Assembly (NCBI GenBank): GCA_965140785.1
Contig: OZ223519.1
Coordinates: forward strand, 64,001-128,000
Length of the DNA: 64,000 bases
Source of the DNA: an uncultured Ruficoccus sp.
GTDB lineage: Bacteria; Verrucomicrobiota; Verrucomicrobiia; Opitutales; Cerasicoccaceae
Direction: 5' to 3'
Under the pieces are notes generated by a model. It made no database searches, was not told the DNA's origin, and worked only from the letters and a program-made list of their open reading frames with translations. Shown one piece after another: positions 11,501 to 20,804 of the stretch. The number at the start of each line of letters is the position of its first letter. The stretch's first letter is position 1. The position numbers were made by a program, and so were the translations under genes.

Positions 11501-11859
11501 AGGGCGGTTTTAAGAAGTTCTATCTGGCACCAATTGTTACCGAGACCAGTCCAAGCTATCACTTTTATTTCGATTCACCACAAGGCATGATTGTCAGTGA
11601 ACTTTTGCGTCGCAGCGATTCGCTGGACTGGGAGATAACTGTGCCCCCGAACTCAACTGCAGTCGTCACGATGCCAGTGGGAAAGCTCTCCAACTGGACG
11701 GAGTCGGGACAGCCTCTCGGCAACGTTCAGGGGATTTCCATAGGTGGCTCTGACGGGCTGCGCATGCAGGCACCTGATATTTCGCCGGCTTATGCCGGGC
11801 GACCTCTGGTGACGTTGATGTCCGGACAATACCGTTTTCACTATGCAGGTGGGCAGTAA
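8557..11859 (+). CDS. GH78 alpha-L-rhamnosidase-family protein (paralogue of 990-4250)
   Basis: 1100 aa with the same domain order. Shared blocks such as FETGLL..DDW, KAP.YFRK.F and PGVWVYDFGK. Confidence 0.85.
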   Translation: MYCNTPRLSGWSPTSRYLARSLVLFVGASAAICLLRAETLTREQTPTASDSLPLVLPDDAVIPEYASYDPETIAQPRNTSQPFDLQLEYKTDPLGVDLGEYAHLRVSWQCPLVMSADGIVTRGQGQQAYQIEVYKISTKGEPSLAWDSQRVNADRRHLVPLRFEPDSRTQYRWRVRIWDSQGQLSPWSEWASFETGLLMPDDWSEAIEAKWITSDLVPAEDDFVKFWIESALLDLDFAHGRKSMDETSKYSVDEQASRRTVQLKQIEKVKAPIYFRKDFELKGEPVRARLYVSGLGYHLPFINGTRLGDDHMAPSFVSYVLRAYYQVFDCTDQLKQGGNCVGAIVAPGRYNEYPGPYYYSERMIYGEHPILLARLEVEYADGSSEVIATDTSWQAGLGGYRRTGFWLGEAYDATAEPKGWSKPGFTQDWKSAEASEVIPPVLQAQPVKPVRENFAIKPISRTNPMPGVWVYDFGKVVVGKAQVQFDLPEGEMVRIRYSDVTLGSWGNSAVIKQWAFFRDYPEPFIREDAKDMLVCRARGTSPVMHAKEIGDYAVLYGTTDAFRSDGEPCEYLSSFDYTPFRYIEISTLEEPPTLDEVEAVALYSPLEPIGKMVIDDPQLQRIHDACLNSVSMLTHGHYLDNPGGEKMGSNAPIPIWNYDLMVYTFDHANHFAKNADDSRHLSEYTGVPHAITLTRRMEQAAMGGGSPFVNVNNNIHQVGGPLRDHAYFGDTESMELNLEQARLFWDYLIENDLLENGISSSATHLDYTGAVDVPSGPWGQGENARHLTDRKFARCCFVLMLAREYELLCEIAGRLDLWDDIAPRIEEFRLWVEDTYRDPVTNRYSRIDNTDSPRPVIQGTNVVTLKAELVEEDEYAALLDEIVQNMEDVTKGHQVIGVKSAYWFFELLSHYGYNETALRLLRSNDYPSIGRMLNDTGWVVAEDWGWGERSAFVNSAVQLEGLTGISNWFYREMVGIRPDVLEGGFKKFYLAPIVTETSPSYHFYFDSPQGMIVSELLRRSDSLDWEITVPPNSTAVVTMPVGKLSNWTESGQPLGNVQGISIGGSDGLRMQAPDISPAYAGRPLVTLMSGQYRFHYAGGQ

Positions 11860-12032
11860 GTGTCTCTCCATACAGCACGAACCAGGCGCACCTGATGACG
11901 CTGGAATGGCACAGATGTAAAGGCTGGGGCGATGCGTATTTGTTACGATATCCACATATCTGCGAGCATAGATCGTTGCCAACAAAAGCATGCCTATGCT
12001 ACTGAGCTTACAAGCGTTGAATATAATATTCT

Positions 12033-13718
12033 ATGACCCCAATCGTTTCGCGTGCCTTCTTTTCCTGTTTGAGCCTGTGGAAGAAACCCCTGGTGCTCAT
12101 CATGACTTCGCTTCTATTGACATCTTTGCTGCTTGGGGCCTCCAGTGACTCGGTCAAAGTGCTGACACTTGAGCAGTTCGGTGGTTCACCGCAATCCGTC
12201 GACAATACGGCAGCCTTTGAGGCAGCGATCGCGGCCGCCAAAGCTACCGATGGACCAGTGGTAATTCAACTTCAGCCGAGCGCATCCTACCGGGTGCAGG
12301 GGAGTGGCCGGCAGGCGTGTGCGATCATGATCAAAGGCGTGGACGATTTAACCTTCGACGGGCAGGGGGCGACGCTCATCATAACTGATCCCACTCGTGG
12401 CGGCCTGCGTACTGAAGACTGTGAGAGCATAGTGCTTAAAAATTTCGCCATAGACTATGATCCGTTGCCCTACACGGTTTCTACAGTGACCGACATCAAT
12501 GTCTCGGATAACTGGTTCGAAATCGCAATCGAAGAGGGCTACCCGAGCCCGGGCCTTCCCTTTTTTGAGGAGGCCAAAAGTCAGTCAGGCCTGATGATTC
12601 TTCCGCTGCCTGACGGTGGAACGCGGTTCGGGCCGGATGTGATTTCGCCTGAGCGAAAAGAAGACATGGGTAATGGGATTTGGCGCATCTATCCCAAAAT
12701 GCAATTTGGGGGGTACTCGGATCCGCTTGGCAGTAACCGGGTGACAGTGGGGGAGCGCTTTGTCTTGTGTGCGCGTACCTACGAACAGGCACTTTCCTCG
12801 ATCGATTGCACGGATCTGCTTTGGGAGAATATCACCGTGTATGCTTCCCCGGGGCTTGCCAGTTACCCGCGTGGCAACGAGCAGCATACGATTCGTGGAT
12901 TTCATGTCGCGATAAAAGAGGGACGTATCTTTTCCAGTAATGCGGATGGCATTCATATGCGCGGTTCACGTGGGGATGTGCTTATCGAGGGGTGCACGTT
13001 TGAGGGGATGGGGGACGACGGCATCAATGTTCACAGCTCGGCCATGGCCGTTACCGATCAGCCCGCCGCCAACCAGGCTGAAGTTCGTAAGCACACCTAC
13101 AGCGTGCGTGTTGGCGACCGCGTTGTCGCCGTAAATTCCTCGACGGCACAAATTATCGGAGAGGCTGAGGTAGTTGCCATTGAGGACAGTCAACGGACAT
13201 GGTTGCTGACGTTTGACCGCGATCTGATTTTGCCAACTACGGATGCCGAGGGGGAAGAGACGAATGCACATGGTGCGCCGATTGCGACGGCTAACCTGTA
13301 TAATTTAGACGAGAGTGCCTCTCCATTTGTTGTTCGCGATTGCGTGTTCAATGATTTCCGCGGGCGAGGGCTTTTGATAAGCGCACGCGACGGGGTCGTC
13401 GAAGATAACGTCTTTCGCGATCGAGAGGGCTGGGGGATCGTCATGCACTACGAGTCGAGTCGCTGGGCTGAGGGTCCGATTAGCAGCGACATTCTGATTC
13501 GCAACAATACGTTTATCAAACCCTACGGTGCCATACAGCCGGCGATTGTAACCGGGATTTCTGCGCGCAGTGGAGACGCGAAGGTCCCTGCATTCTTCGA
13601 GGACATCCGCATCGAGAATAATACCTTTTATGGGTGGGAAGAGCCGTTGCGTCTGAAAAACATGGATGGCCTTGTCCTGGTCGGAAACGAGATATTTCCA
13701 GATAGCGTGCCCGAGTAG
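12033..13718 (+). CDS. Right-handed parallel beta-helix glycosidase, GH110 (alpha-galactosidase)-like
   Basis: IDYDPLPYT, SSNADGIH...IEGCTFEGMGDDGINVH, RGRGLLI and WAEGP motifs resemble GH110. Confidence 0.7.
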   Translation: MTPIVSRAFFSCLSLWKKPLVLIMTSLLLTSLLLGASSDSVKVLTLEQFGGSPQSVDNTAAFEAAIAAAKATDGPVVIQLQPSASYRVQGSGRQACAIMIKGVDDLTFDGQGATLIITDPTRGGLRTEDCESIVLKNFAIDYDPLPYTVSTVTDINVSDNWFEIAIEEGYPSPGLPFFEEAKSQSGLMILPLPDGGTRFGPDVISPERKEDMGNGIWRIYPKMQFGGYSDPLGSNRVTVGERFVLCARTYEQALSSIDCTDLLWENITVYASPGLASYPRGNEQHTIRGFHVAIKEGRIFSSNADGIHMRGSRGDVLIEGCTFEGMGDDGINVHSSAMAVTDQPAANQAEVRKHTYSVRVGDRVVAVNSSTAQIIGEAEVVAIEDSQRTWLLTFDRDLILPTTDAEGEETNAHGAPIATANLYNLDESASPFVVRDCVFNDFRGRGLLISARDGVVEDNVFRDREGWGIVMHYESSRWAEGPISSDILIRNNTFIKPYGAIQPAIVTGISARSGDAKVPAFFEDIRIENNTFYGWEEPLRLKNMDGLVLVGNEIFPDSVPE

Positions 13719-13791
13719 CGGCATGTCTCCTCGCTGGATCAAGTAAATGAAAAACCCGTACAGTGCAGCCCTAGGAAAACCACTTTTTTAT

Positions 13792-13873
13792 TGACCGTGT
13801 CCACTTAAACTGTGCCACTTGCAAAGTTAGTCTGAGTGCTTAGAAAGGACTCAGAGTATGAAAGGCGAGCCAT
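13792..13873 (+). mobile_element. Isolated left end of the IS3-family element found at 35752
   Basis: TGACCGTGTCCACTTAAACTGTGCCACTTGCAAAGTTAGTCTGAGTGCTTAGAAAGGACTCAGA is identical to 35752-35815 and is followed by ATGAAAGGC; the match then breaks down. Confidence 0.9.
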
Positions 13874-14360
13874 TGATGAGCGCGCTCACACGTGAGTTCG
13901 CTGCTTTGTTGGCCTGACGGAGGTGACTCAAGCCGGGTGACCAGTTAACTTTTTCTGAAGGAACTGCACGGCAACAGTAAGCGGCATGCGTCGTGCCGTT
14001 TGGTTGTGCTTGTATACGATTTTAGGTCATTAGTGTCGAGGCTGCGAGGTGATGCTGGGCATTGTGGCCAGTGGTGGGAGCCCGGAGGCTTTGAGTCCGA
14101 TACAGGATGTAGGTGTCGGGTTCGAGCCCGTGACGCTTGGTGGCCTAGATTATGGGGTGGGTGGTCTCGCATTCAGTTGAGGTCGAGAGTTCTTTTCGGG
14201 AGTTTAGTGAGGCAGCACCCCTCAGACGACAACCATGGTTGACATTTTGATCTTAGCGGGAGGCGATTGTCGGTTTTTAGGATGTTTTTTCATGGGCCAT
14301 GGGAAATAACCGCATAGAGATAAGTGTGTTGTTCGCATGTTTTGTTAGCCCCTGACAGCG

Positions 14361-14552
14361 ATGAGTAGCCTCCACAGCTTGGATATTCCCGAGACGACCC
14401 ACACGACGGTCGATATCCTGCTTGGTCCGGATAATGCCCGGCGTCAGGCCCGTGTCGCTGAGATAGCTGCGATCTACCAGCCGGTATTGAAAGGGGTGGC
14501 TGCCGCCTTTATGCTCAAGCATGCGGATAATGGCGAGGGCCTGTCGGAGGTG
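14361..14552 (+). pseudogene. 5' gene fragment cut by an IS3 relic (possibly an ECF sigma-factor N-terminus)
   Basis: MSSLHSLDIPETTHTTVDILLG...AAIYQPVLKGVAAAFMLKHADNGEGLSEV ends at the IS junction. The sigma-factor resemblance is weak. Confidence 0.3.
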
Positions 14553-14833
14553 ATCGGCCAGCAGCTTCTTTAGCTCCGCGTTTTCCTTCTCCAGGTTACG
14601 TAAACGCTGCGCCTCCTTAAGGTCCATACCGCCGTATTTGTCGCGCCAGCGGTAGAAGGTCTGCGTGCTGATGTTATGCTTGCGGCACAGTTCTTCGGCA
14701 CTTAAGCCCGTGTCGGCCTCGCGCAAAATGCGCATCATCTGTTCGGTCGTTCGTCTTGTCTTCTTCAACGTGATTTTCCTTTCATTAAGGAAAATCACTC
14801 CAGCGGCAATGGGTTACGTTTCGGGGGTTTTCA
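14553..14833 (-). mobile_element. Truncated IS3-family element (left IR + orfA), distinct from the 35752 element
   Basis: Left end TGAAAACCCCCGAAACGTAACCCA at 14833. OrfA KKTRRTTEQMMRILREAD...ELCRKHNISTQTFYRWRDKYGG...ENAELKKLLAD. No orfB. Confidence 0.85.
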
Positions 14834-14895
14834 GCCCTTTTCAAGCCGAAGATAGCAAGAAGGTCATATTGGTCCCGGCTTGGAGGAAACGGGGT

Positions 14896-16080
14896 TCAAG
14901 TGACTTGCTGAAAACTGTGTTTCTTCCGGTATTCTAGCGGAGACTGATCAAGAATGCGCCGGAAGATGCGCCCCATTCGGTCTTCGCTGGAAAATCCACT
15001 GGCTTCGGCGACGTCTCGGGCTCGCATGCCGGTTTGGGTAAGAAGCTTTTGCGCATGTTCAAGGCGCTTTAACGTGATTTCCTCCGCGATGGTGCGCCCG
15101 ATTTCCTGCTGGAATAGTTGATAAAGGTGACGGTAGGAAAGCGGAATCGTGGCCGAGACGGTCTTGGCATTAATGGGGCGGGTATAATTCTGCCAGATAT
15201 TGTGCAGGACGGCTGCGACCTGTGGGTGTTTCACGGCGAGGATGTCGGTGCTTAGACGGGTTGTAATTCCTGCCGGTGGAATCTTAAGCTCAGAGGATAC
15301 GACGCGTCCACCTTGCAGTAAGCGATCGAGGATAGCTGCTGCGCGGTAGCCTTCGGTTTCTTGATTGTTGTTGATGCTCGACAGAGGGACTGGAGCGAAT
15401 TCGCAACGTAGCGGGTCATCGTCCACACCGAGTACAGCGACTTGCTCTGGGACCGGGATGTTGTGGAGACGGCAGGCGTACAGTGCCTCAATGGAGACAT
15501 CGTCGTGCTCGGAAAAAACTGCTAAGGGACGGGGTAGGCCGCGTAACTGTTTGCCGAGCCACTCAATTCGCTTGGCTTCGTTGGTGTGGTTTTGCGGATG
15601 CGTTGCCAGCCAGTCGATGTCATAAAAGTTGGCTCCGGCCCTCTTAATATATTGCCTGAAGGTCCGGTGGCGGCGGATTGCCGAAGCAGTGTCTGATATG
15701 CGGTAAAACGCGGCATGGCGGAATCCCCGGTGAAGAAAGTAGTCGGCAGCCAAGCGGCCAATAGCCGCATCGTCGCAACGGACTGTAGGAATGCCGCGTA
15801 GGGTCACGTCTCCTATGTTGACGACTGGTTTTGCGCACTGGCGGACAAAGTCATGCAGTTCAGTGTCTTGGTGGAGCAGGCATATGATGCCGTCACTCTG
15901 CCATGACCTGGGAATACGGCCGTCGCGAGCCATGCGGGAATCTAGAATCCAATTCGCCTGCTTGGCGTAGCGGGCGATGCCTCGGTGGATAGCTGGTGAG
16001 TACCATCCCGGCGCAAGCATGATGTTGGGGCGATAAGCGCTATCTTGGTCTGACGATTTTTGGGGATGATTGGTTGGCAT
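14896..16080 (-). CDS. XylR-type transcriptional regulator (periplasmic-binding-like domain + AraC HTH)
   Basis: RGIARYA, VPEQVAVLGVDDD, PLSSI and C-terminal RLEHAQKLL...VAEASGF...F...SPLEYR. Confidence 0.9.
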   Translation of the reverse strand: MPTNHPQKSSDQDSAYRPNIMLAPGWYSPAIHRGIARYAKQANWILDSRMARDGRIPRSWQSDGIICLLHQDTELHDFVRQCAKPVVNIGDVTLRGIPTVRCDDAAIGRLAADYFLHRGFRHAAFYRISDTASAIRRHRTFRQYIKRAGANFYDIDWLATHPQNHTNEAKRIEWLGKQLRGLPRPLAVFSEHDDVSIEALYACRLHNIPVPEQVAVLGVDDDPLRCEFAPVPLSSINNNQETEGYRAAAILDRLLQGGRVVSSELKIPPAGITTRLSTDILAVKHPQVAAVLHNIWQNYTRPINAKTVSATIPLSYRHLYQLFQQEIGRTIAEEITLKRLEHAQKLLTQTGMRARDVAEASGFSSEDRMGRIFRRILDQSPLEYRKKHSFQQVT

Positions 16081-16229
16081 TGAAAACAAAAATCTCCATT
16101 TTCGACGAAAACTAAACCTATTTTATGTCTTTATGCGAGATATTTGAGAGGATATGTAGGAAAGCGATGACATAAATAGATTTCGGTGCGGTTTCCGAAG
16201 CGCCTGTTTCTGCGTACTACCCAAAACCC

Positions 16230-17441
16230 ATGATGACATCATCAGAAAAACTCCGTGAACTTGTCTCCTCCCATGAGCGACTGCTTTCCCGCCCGAACGA
16301 GGTGGATGAGTCTTTTGACAACGGGATTTATCGGCGCTACAGACATTGCGTGCTGACCCGTGAGCATACGCCTGTTTATTGGAGGTATGACATCAATCCA
16401 GAGACGAATCCGCGCCTCTTGGAGCGTCTGGGGGTGAACGCCGTGATGAATGCCGGTGCGATCTATCACGCCGGAAAGTTTTATCTGATGGTGCGTGTGG
16501 AAGGAAACGACCGCAAAAGCTTTTTTGCGATCGCTGAAAGTCTGAATGGCATCGACAACTTCCGTTTCTGGGATAAGCCGTTGGTCGTGCCAGAGTTGCC
16601 GCGTGACGGTACGAATCTGTATGACATGCGCCTGGTCAAGCATGAGGATGGGTGGATTTACGGCGTGTTTTGCGTCGAGCGACGTCCTGACGATGCGCCT
16701 GCTTCAGACCAGTCCGTGGCCGAGGCACAATGCGGCATTGTCCGCACCCGTGATCTGATCAGCTGGGAACGCCTGCCGGATTTTCAGAGTCCCTCGCCGC
16801 AGCAGCGCAATGTCGTGCTTCATCCCGAGTTCGTGGATGGCAAATACGCTTGGTACACTCGGCCGCAAGACGGATTTATTGATGCGGGTTCCGGGGGGTG
16901 GTATCGGTTTCGCCCTGTCTGACTCGGTGAATCCTGCCATTTGCGGGGAAGAAAAAATCATTGATATGCGCGTTTACCACACGATCAAGGAGGTGAAGAA
17001 CGGCGCGGGTGCACCCCCGATCAAGACGGACCGAGGCTGGCTGCACATTGCCCACGGCGTGCGTGCTTGTGCGGCGGGCTTGCGTTACGTGCTCTACGTT
17101 TTTGTCACCGCGCTGGACGATCCGGCAAAAGTGATTGCCAAACCCGGGGCGGTTACTTCATCGCACCGCTGGGTGACGAACGCGTCGGCGACGTTTCAAA
17201 CGTGGTTTTCAGCAACGGGATCGCCGTTAAGGACGAGGATGTGTTCATCTACTATGCTTCGTGCGACACTCGGCTTCATGTTGCCACCAGTGACATTCCG
17301 ACCTTGCTTGATTATGCCTTTAACACGCCGCAGGATGCCGAGCGTACCCAAGCGTGCGTTAGCCAGCGTATCGATCTAATCGAGCGTAACCTCGGCTATG
17401 CCCGCGCGCATGGTTTGTCTGTCGGCCAGTGGGCGAATTAA
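16230..17441 (+). pseudogene. GH130 4-O-beta-D-mannosyl-D-glucose phosphorylase-like gene with two frameshifts
   Basis: Three consecutive ORF pieces join into one protein ([61 protein letters not shown]). Breaks fall in G-runs at ~16893 and ~17146. Confidence 0.8.
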
Positions 17442-17689
17442 TCGACGACCACATTTTTGCCGCGGCACCCGGACGTGTTAAAATATCCTCGGTGAAGAAG
17501 AGGGGAGATGCGCCTGCCAAAAAAGGAAAATGTATTCTTGAGATGACCCTGGTCGGCCCCCTGTTTTCGTACCAGCGCGATGAGACACTGGTTGGGTAGG
17601 ATTATGTTGGTTGTGTTGTGGGTTGAGAGAGTGCTTGGTGCAGTGAGCCCGTAGGGCGAACGGAGCCAAGCACTGCCTTAGTTTGTTGC

Positions 17690-17882
17690 CAGATTTTGGC
17701 AAAAGGCGTCGGGTCTGTGGGAAGCGGCGATTCTGACGGGTGAAACGCAGAATGCGGCTTCTCGCGGCGAGGATGCGTAAACTTTTGCCAGCAGCGAGTT
17801 ACAAAAAATCCCGCTCGGTGTGCGAAGCGGGATTTTTTGTGGCGGGGTGGGTCGGTGCGCCCGCGACAGGGGAAAATGGGGT
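17690..17882. repeat. Non-coding repeat homologous to 38596-38790 (downstream flank of the rve transposase element)
   Basis: Shared blocks GGCGATTCTG, CGTAA.CTTTTGC..GCAGC, ACAAAAAATCCCGCTCGGTGTGCGA.GCGGGATTTTTTGTGGC and GCCCGCGACAGG. Confidence 0.85.
17801..17840. terminator. Bidirectional rho-independent terminator-like hairpin
   Basis: ACAAAAAATCCCGC...GCGGGATTTTTTGT, located between the convergent GH130 and pfkB-family genes. Second copy at 38706-38745. Confidence 0.7.
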
Positions 17883-17969
17883 CCGTTAGGCAACCCTAAT
17901 CGTCACGATTCTGAGTTTTAGGAGGTTTTCGAGAGAACAGGAGATATCTGTTGAGTTACATTAGGCGCA

Positions 17970-18896
17970 TTATGCAAAAATGGAATGCTGAGGCCTTGCT
18001 TCTCTGACTTGACAGGCCCGGGCACCACATTGCGTTGCGGTCTTCAGGGCAATTTTCAGGGGATGGCCCGTGCCCAGTGCCCAGACTAATCCACCATGGA
18101 AGGCATCACCGGCCCCGACCGTATCGACGACTTCGACGGGGATAGCCGGCTGATGAAGGAGCGCTCTTTCGCTCTCTATGGCCCAGGCGCCCTCGCTACC
18201 AGCGGTAACGACGACAGGGACTTGGTAATCGCGAAACATGGTTGAGGTTAATGCTTCCGCTGAAATCTCTCCGTAGATCGAGACGAGGGCATTTCTGTTT
18301 GGGATGAGGAGGTGCGCCAGCCCGAACAGGGCCCGAACCTCATCAAGAGATGCGCCGCATTGTTTTAAGGGATCGAGGTCAACATCAACGGCCACTCTAA
18401 CGCCATTTCTAGTTAAGCGCTGCACGGCTTCATGCAGGATCGGTAAAGGAATTTCCCCAATCTCTACAATCAACCAGTTCTCGGGCTGTACGAGGGACTC
18501 CCAGTGGGAGATGTCGTCGTCTCTGATGGTGGATAAACTGTTGGGAAGCAGCCATCCACCCACGCGCCGCCGTGCCTCCCCGGCGTAGGCGGCTAAGTTA
18601 AAAGGAGAGCAAGCACCTGAATCGTATCGCACACCCTCGGTACTGATGCCGGAGTCGGTGAGTTGCTGGATGATTTTTTGACCAATCCAATCTCGCCCCA
18701 GTTTTCCTAGCCAGCCGGCTCGGGCACCTAAGGCACTTATTTGAGCGAGGCAGTTGGCCACGGAGCCGCCCGGGCAGACGTTGACCTCCTGTGCCAGTAG
18801 CTTTTCCGTGTGGCCCACGCCCATCTCCGCCGTACGGATACGGAAGTCAATGGAGGCACTGCCCAGTCCCCAAAAACGGACATTGGATTTTTTCAT
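17970..18896 (-). CDS. PfkB/ribokinase-family carbohydrate kinase
   Basis: PGGSVAN...LG...GKLGRD and VVDTVGAGDAFHGG signatures. Confidence 0.92.
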   Translation of the reverse strand: MKKSNVRFWGLGSASIDFRIRTAEMGVGHTEKLLAQEVNVCPGGSVANCLAQISALGARAGWLGKLGRDWIGQKIIQQLTDSGISTEGVRYDSGACSPFNLAAYAGEARRRVGGWLLPNSLSTIRDDDISHWESLVQPENWLIVEIGEIPLPILHEAVQRLTRNGVRVAVDVDLDPLKQCGASLDEVRALFGLAHLLIPNRNALVSIYGEISAEALTSTMFRDYQVPVVVTAGSEGAWAIESERALLHQPAIPVEVVDTVGAGDAFHGGLVWALGTGHPLKIALKTATQCGARACQVREARPQHSIFA

Positions 18897-18899
18897 GAA

Positions 18900-19598
18900 C
18901 TATTCGGCGATGCCTTCCATCTGTATGGCGTGGGAGAGGTAGCTGACATCCTCGTCTTTGACGTTCTTCCAGTTGCGGGCGAAGAGCATCTCGGCGCGGT
19001 CGCTCAGCGTATGGGTCATCATATCGCGCACCATCGGGTAACGCATGCCGACGGCATCGACACCGGCCCGCAGGGCGAGGTCCACGTCCGCGACGGATTT
19101 CATGCTTACGGCGATGATTTCAGGCGCTTTATCCAATTGGCTGTAGCCTTGCTTGATGGAGCGGAGTGTCTCAAAGGCATCCATCCCAATCGCCTGTGCG
19201 CGTGAGACAAACGGGCAGATTCCGAACGCGCCGACACTGGCCGCCACGCAGGCCTGGGACAGGCTGAACAGCGTTGTCGCGATGCAGTCGATACCTTCCT
19301 GCTGGAGAATGGCGATGGCCTTGAAGCCTTTTTCGTTGGCGATGATTTTAAAGCCAACCGTCGGGGCGACCTTGCGCAAATCGCGGGCGCGGCGGACGAT
19401 TTCTTCCTCGTCTTTACCGTGAATCTGGATAAAGACCGGCAAGTCGGTCAGTTCGACAATGGCCTCTGTGATTTCGTACAGGGTGAGTTCGCCCTTGTAG
19501 TACTGATCGAATCCCTGGGGATTGGTCAGGATACCCGCGACTCCGAGTTCGAGGCATTGGCGTATGTCTTCAAGCGATCCAGCTCCGTAGATTTTCAT
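18900..19598 (-). CDS. Transaldolase / fructose-6-phosphate aldolase family protein
   Basis: Start MKIYGAG at 19598 overlaps the upstream stop. GILTNP, Schiff-base Lys in VGFKII, TTLFSLSQA and PFVSR. Confidence 0.85.
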   Translation of the reverse strand: MKIYGAGSLEDIRQCLELGVAGILTNPQGFDQYYKGELTLYEITEAIVELTDLPVFIQIHGKDEEEIVRRARDLRKVAPTVGFKIIANEKGFKAIAILQQEGIDCIATTLFSLSQACVAASVGAFGICPFVSRAQAIGMDAFETLRSIKQGYSQLDKAPEIIAVSMKSVADVDLALRAGVDAVGMRYPMVRDMMTHTLSDRAEMLFARNWKNVKDEDVSYLSHAIQMEGIAE

Positions 19599-20680
19599 GC
19601 GTATGTACTCCAGGATTGAGTGATAAGGGTTCTGAGGTCTTCCAAAGTGATTTCGACGTTGGCGTTGTGGCGTCCATAGGAAGCGTAGCCGAGGGCGGCC
19701 CATTCCTCGATCTTGGCCTCGTCGATGGCTGGAAGAGTGGGGATGGGCACATGTTCGCGTATGTAGTCGCTCATGCGGTCTTCAAAGGCGGCGCTGATAT
19801 GTTTTGCCCTCGGGCAACCTTTGGCCGCCAGCACCTCGACCAATGCGGCGAGAAAAATAGCGTTGGCGAGGCCGTGGGCGTAGCCGTATTCGCGCGTCAG
19901 CGCGTAGCCTAGCGCGTGCGCCATGACGGTCCCGCAATGCGCCAGAACAATGCCTCCGCCGAGGGCGGTTTCCATCATTTGGCTACGGGCTTCGATGCTG
20001 TTGGACTCCGCGAGCACATCGGGTAAGGCGGCAATGCCCTTGTCGAGCGATGTCCGGGCGATGTCAGCAAGGATGCTGACGCAGGAGCGCGTCAGGTAGC
20101 CCTCTATCAGGTGGGACAGCGCATCGATTCCGCTGTGAGCAGTCACGTGTGCTGGAAGTGAGAGCGTGAGTTCCGGATCGCAGAGCGCGACGCTGGGGAC
20201 CAGCCGGTCGTGCTTGAGGATGCGCTTGAAATTTCCCTCGTCGGTGATGATGGAGTAGGGCGAGACTTCGCTGCCAGCTCCCGAGGTGGTCGGTACGGCT
20301 ACGATAGCGATGTCGGGAGCTACTCCCGGAGCATTTTCCCCCGTCAGTTTCCAGGCAGGATTTTTGGCGAACCAGGCGGCGGCTTTTGCGAGGTCGATAG
20401 CGCTGCCGCCTCCGACCGCGATGATGGTTTCGATCTCGTTGTCGGCTGCCATTATTCCGAGTTGTCGAGCCATCTTTTCTCCGGGATTTTCTTCGTAAAG
20501 ATTGGGAACGAGCAGGGTTGCGCAGTGCTCTTGCAACTGCTGTTGGACGGCGTCCATCTGGCAGCGGCGAAAGCGCAGGAGCATGCAACGCTTGCCATTG
20601 GTTTCTGGAAGGCTGGCGAGCTTATTAAAATTACCAGGTCCGAAAAGAATGCGTGTAGTCAGTTGGAATTCAAAATTCAT
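19595..20680 (-). CDS. Iron-containing alcohol dehydrogenase
   Basis: TRILFGPG, AVGGGSAIDLAK, VPTTSGAGSE, GIDALSHLIE and HALGY...HG metal-binding motifs. Start MNFEF at 20680. Confidence 0.92.
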   Translation of the reverse strand: MNFEFQLTTRILFGPGNFNKLASLPETNGKRCMLLRFRRCQMDAVQQQLQEHCATLLVPNLYEENPGEKMARQLGIMAADNEIETIIAVGGGSAIDLAKAAAWFAKNPAWKLTGENAPGVAPDIAIVAVPTTSGAGSEVSPYSIITDEGNFKRILKHDRLVPSVALCDPELTLSLPAHVTAHSGIDALSHLIEGYLTRSCVSILADIARTSLDKGIAALPDVLAESNSIEARSQMMETALGGGIVLAHCGTVMAHALGYALTREYGYAHGLANAIFLAALVEVLAAKGCPRAKHISAAFEDRMSDYIREHVPIPTLPAIDEAKIEEWAALGYASYGRHNANVEITLEDLRTLITQSWSTYA

Positions 20681-20766
20681 AGTTGGAAGGCAAACTTGGT
20701 AAAAGGTGATGGCGTAACTGATGCTGAACAGCATCTTGATCTTGCATTTCTTCGCAATGCTCCCAT

Positions 20767-20783
20767 AGCTTTCCCTATCAAGT
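20767..20783. promoter_or_regulatory. Candidate operator CTTTCCCTATCAAG (copy 1)
   Basis: Lies in the divergent ADH/LacI intergenic region; the same motif recurs at 22926-22956 (twice) and 23991-24007. Confidence 0.6.
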
Positions 20784-20804
20784 GTTCACGCCTTTAAATT
20801 ACCA

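Noticed and set aside
13874..13968. Further IS3 similarity (CTGAAGGAACTGCA) and hairpins after the isolated IS left end
   Set aside because: Only a 14-nt match; too degenerate to align or to call inserts reliably.
14277..14798. 173-aa ORF as a full transposase
   Set aside because: Chimeric: only about 75 aa are IS3 OrfA; the rest is read-through into unrelated DNA.
17970..20680. Sulfoglycolysis (sulfo-TAL/EMP) assignment for the kinase-transaldolase-ADH operon
   Set aside because: No GH31 sulfoquinovosidase or SQ isomerase nearby; family-level motifs cannot support it.
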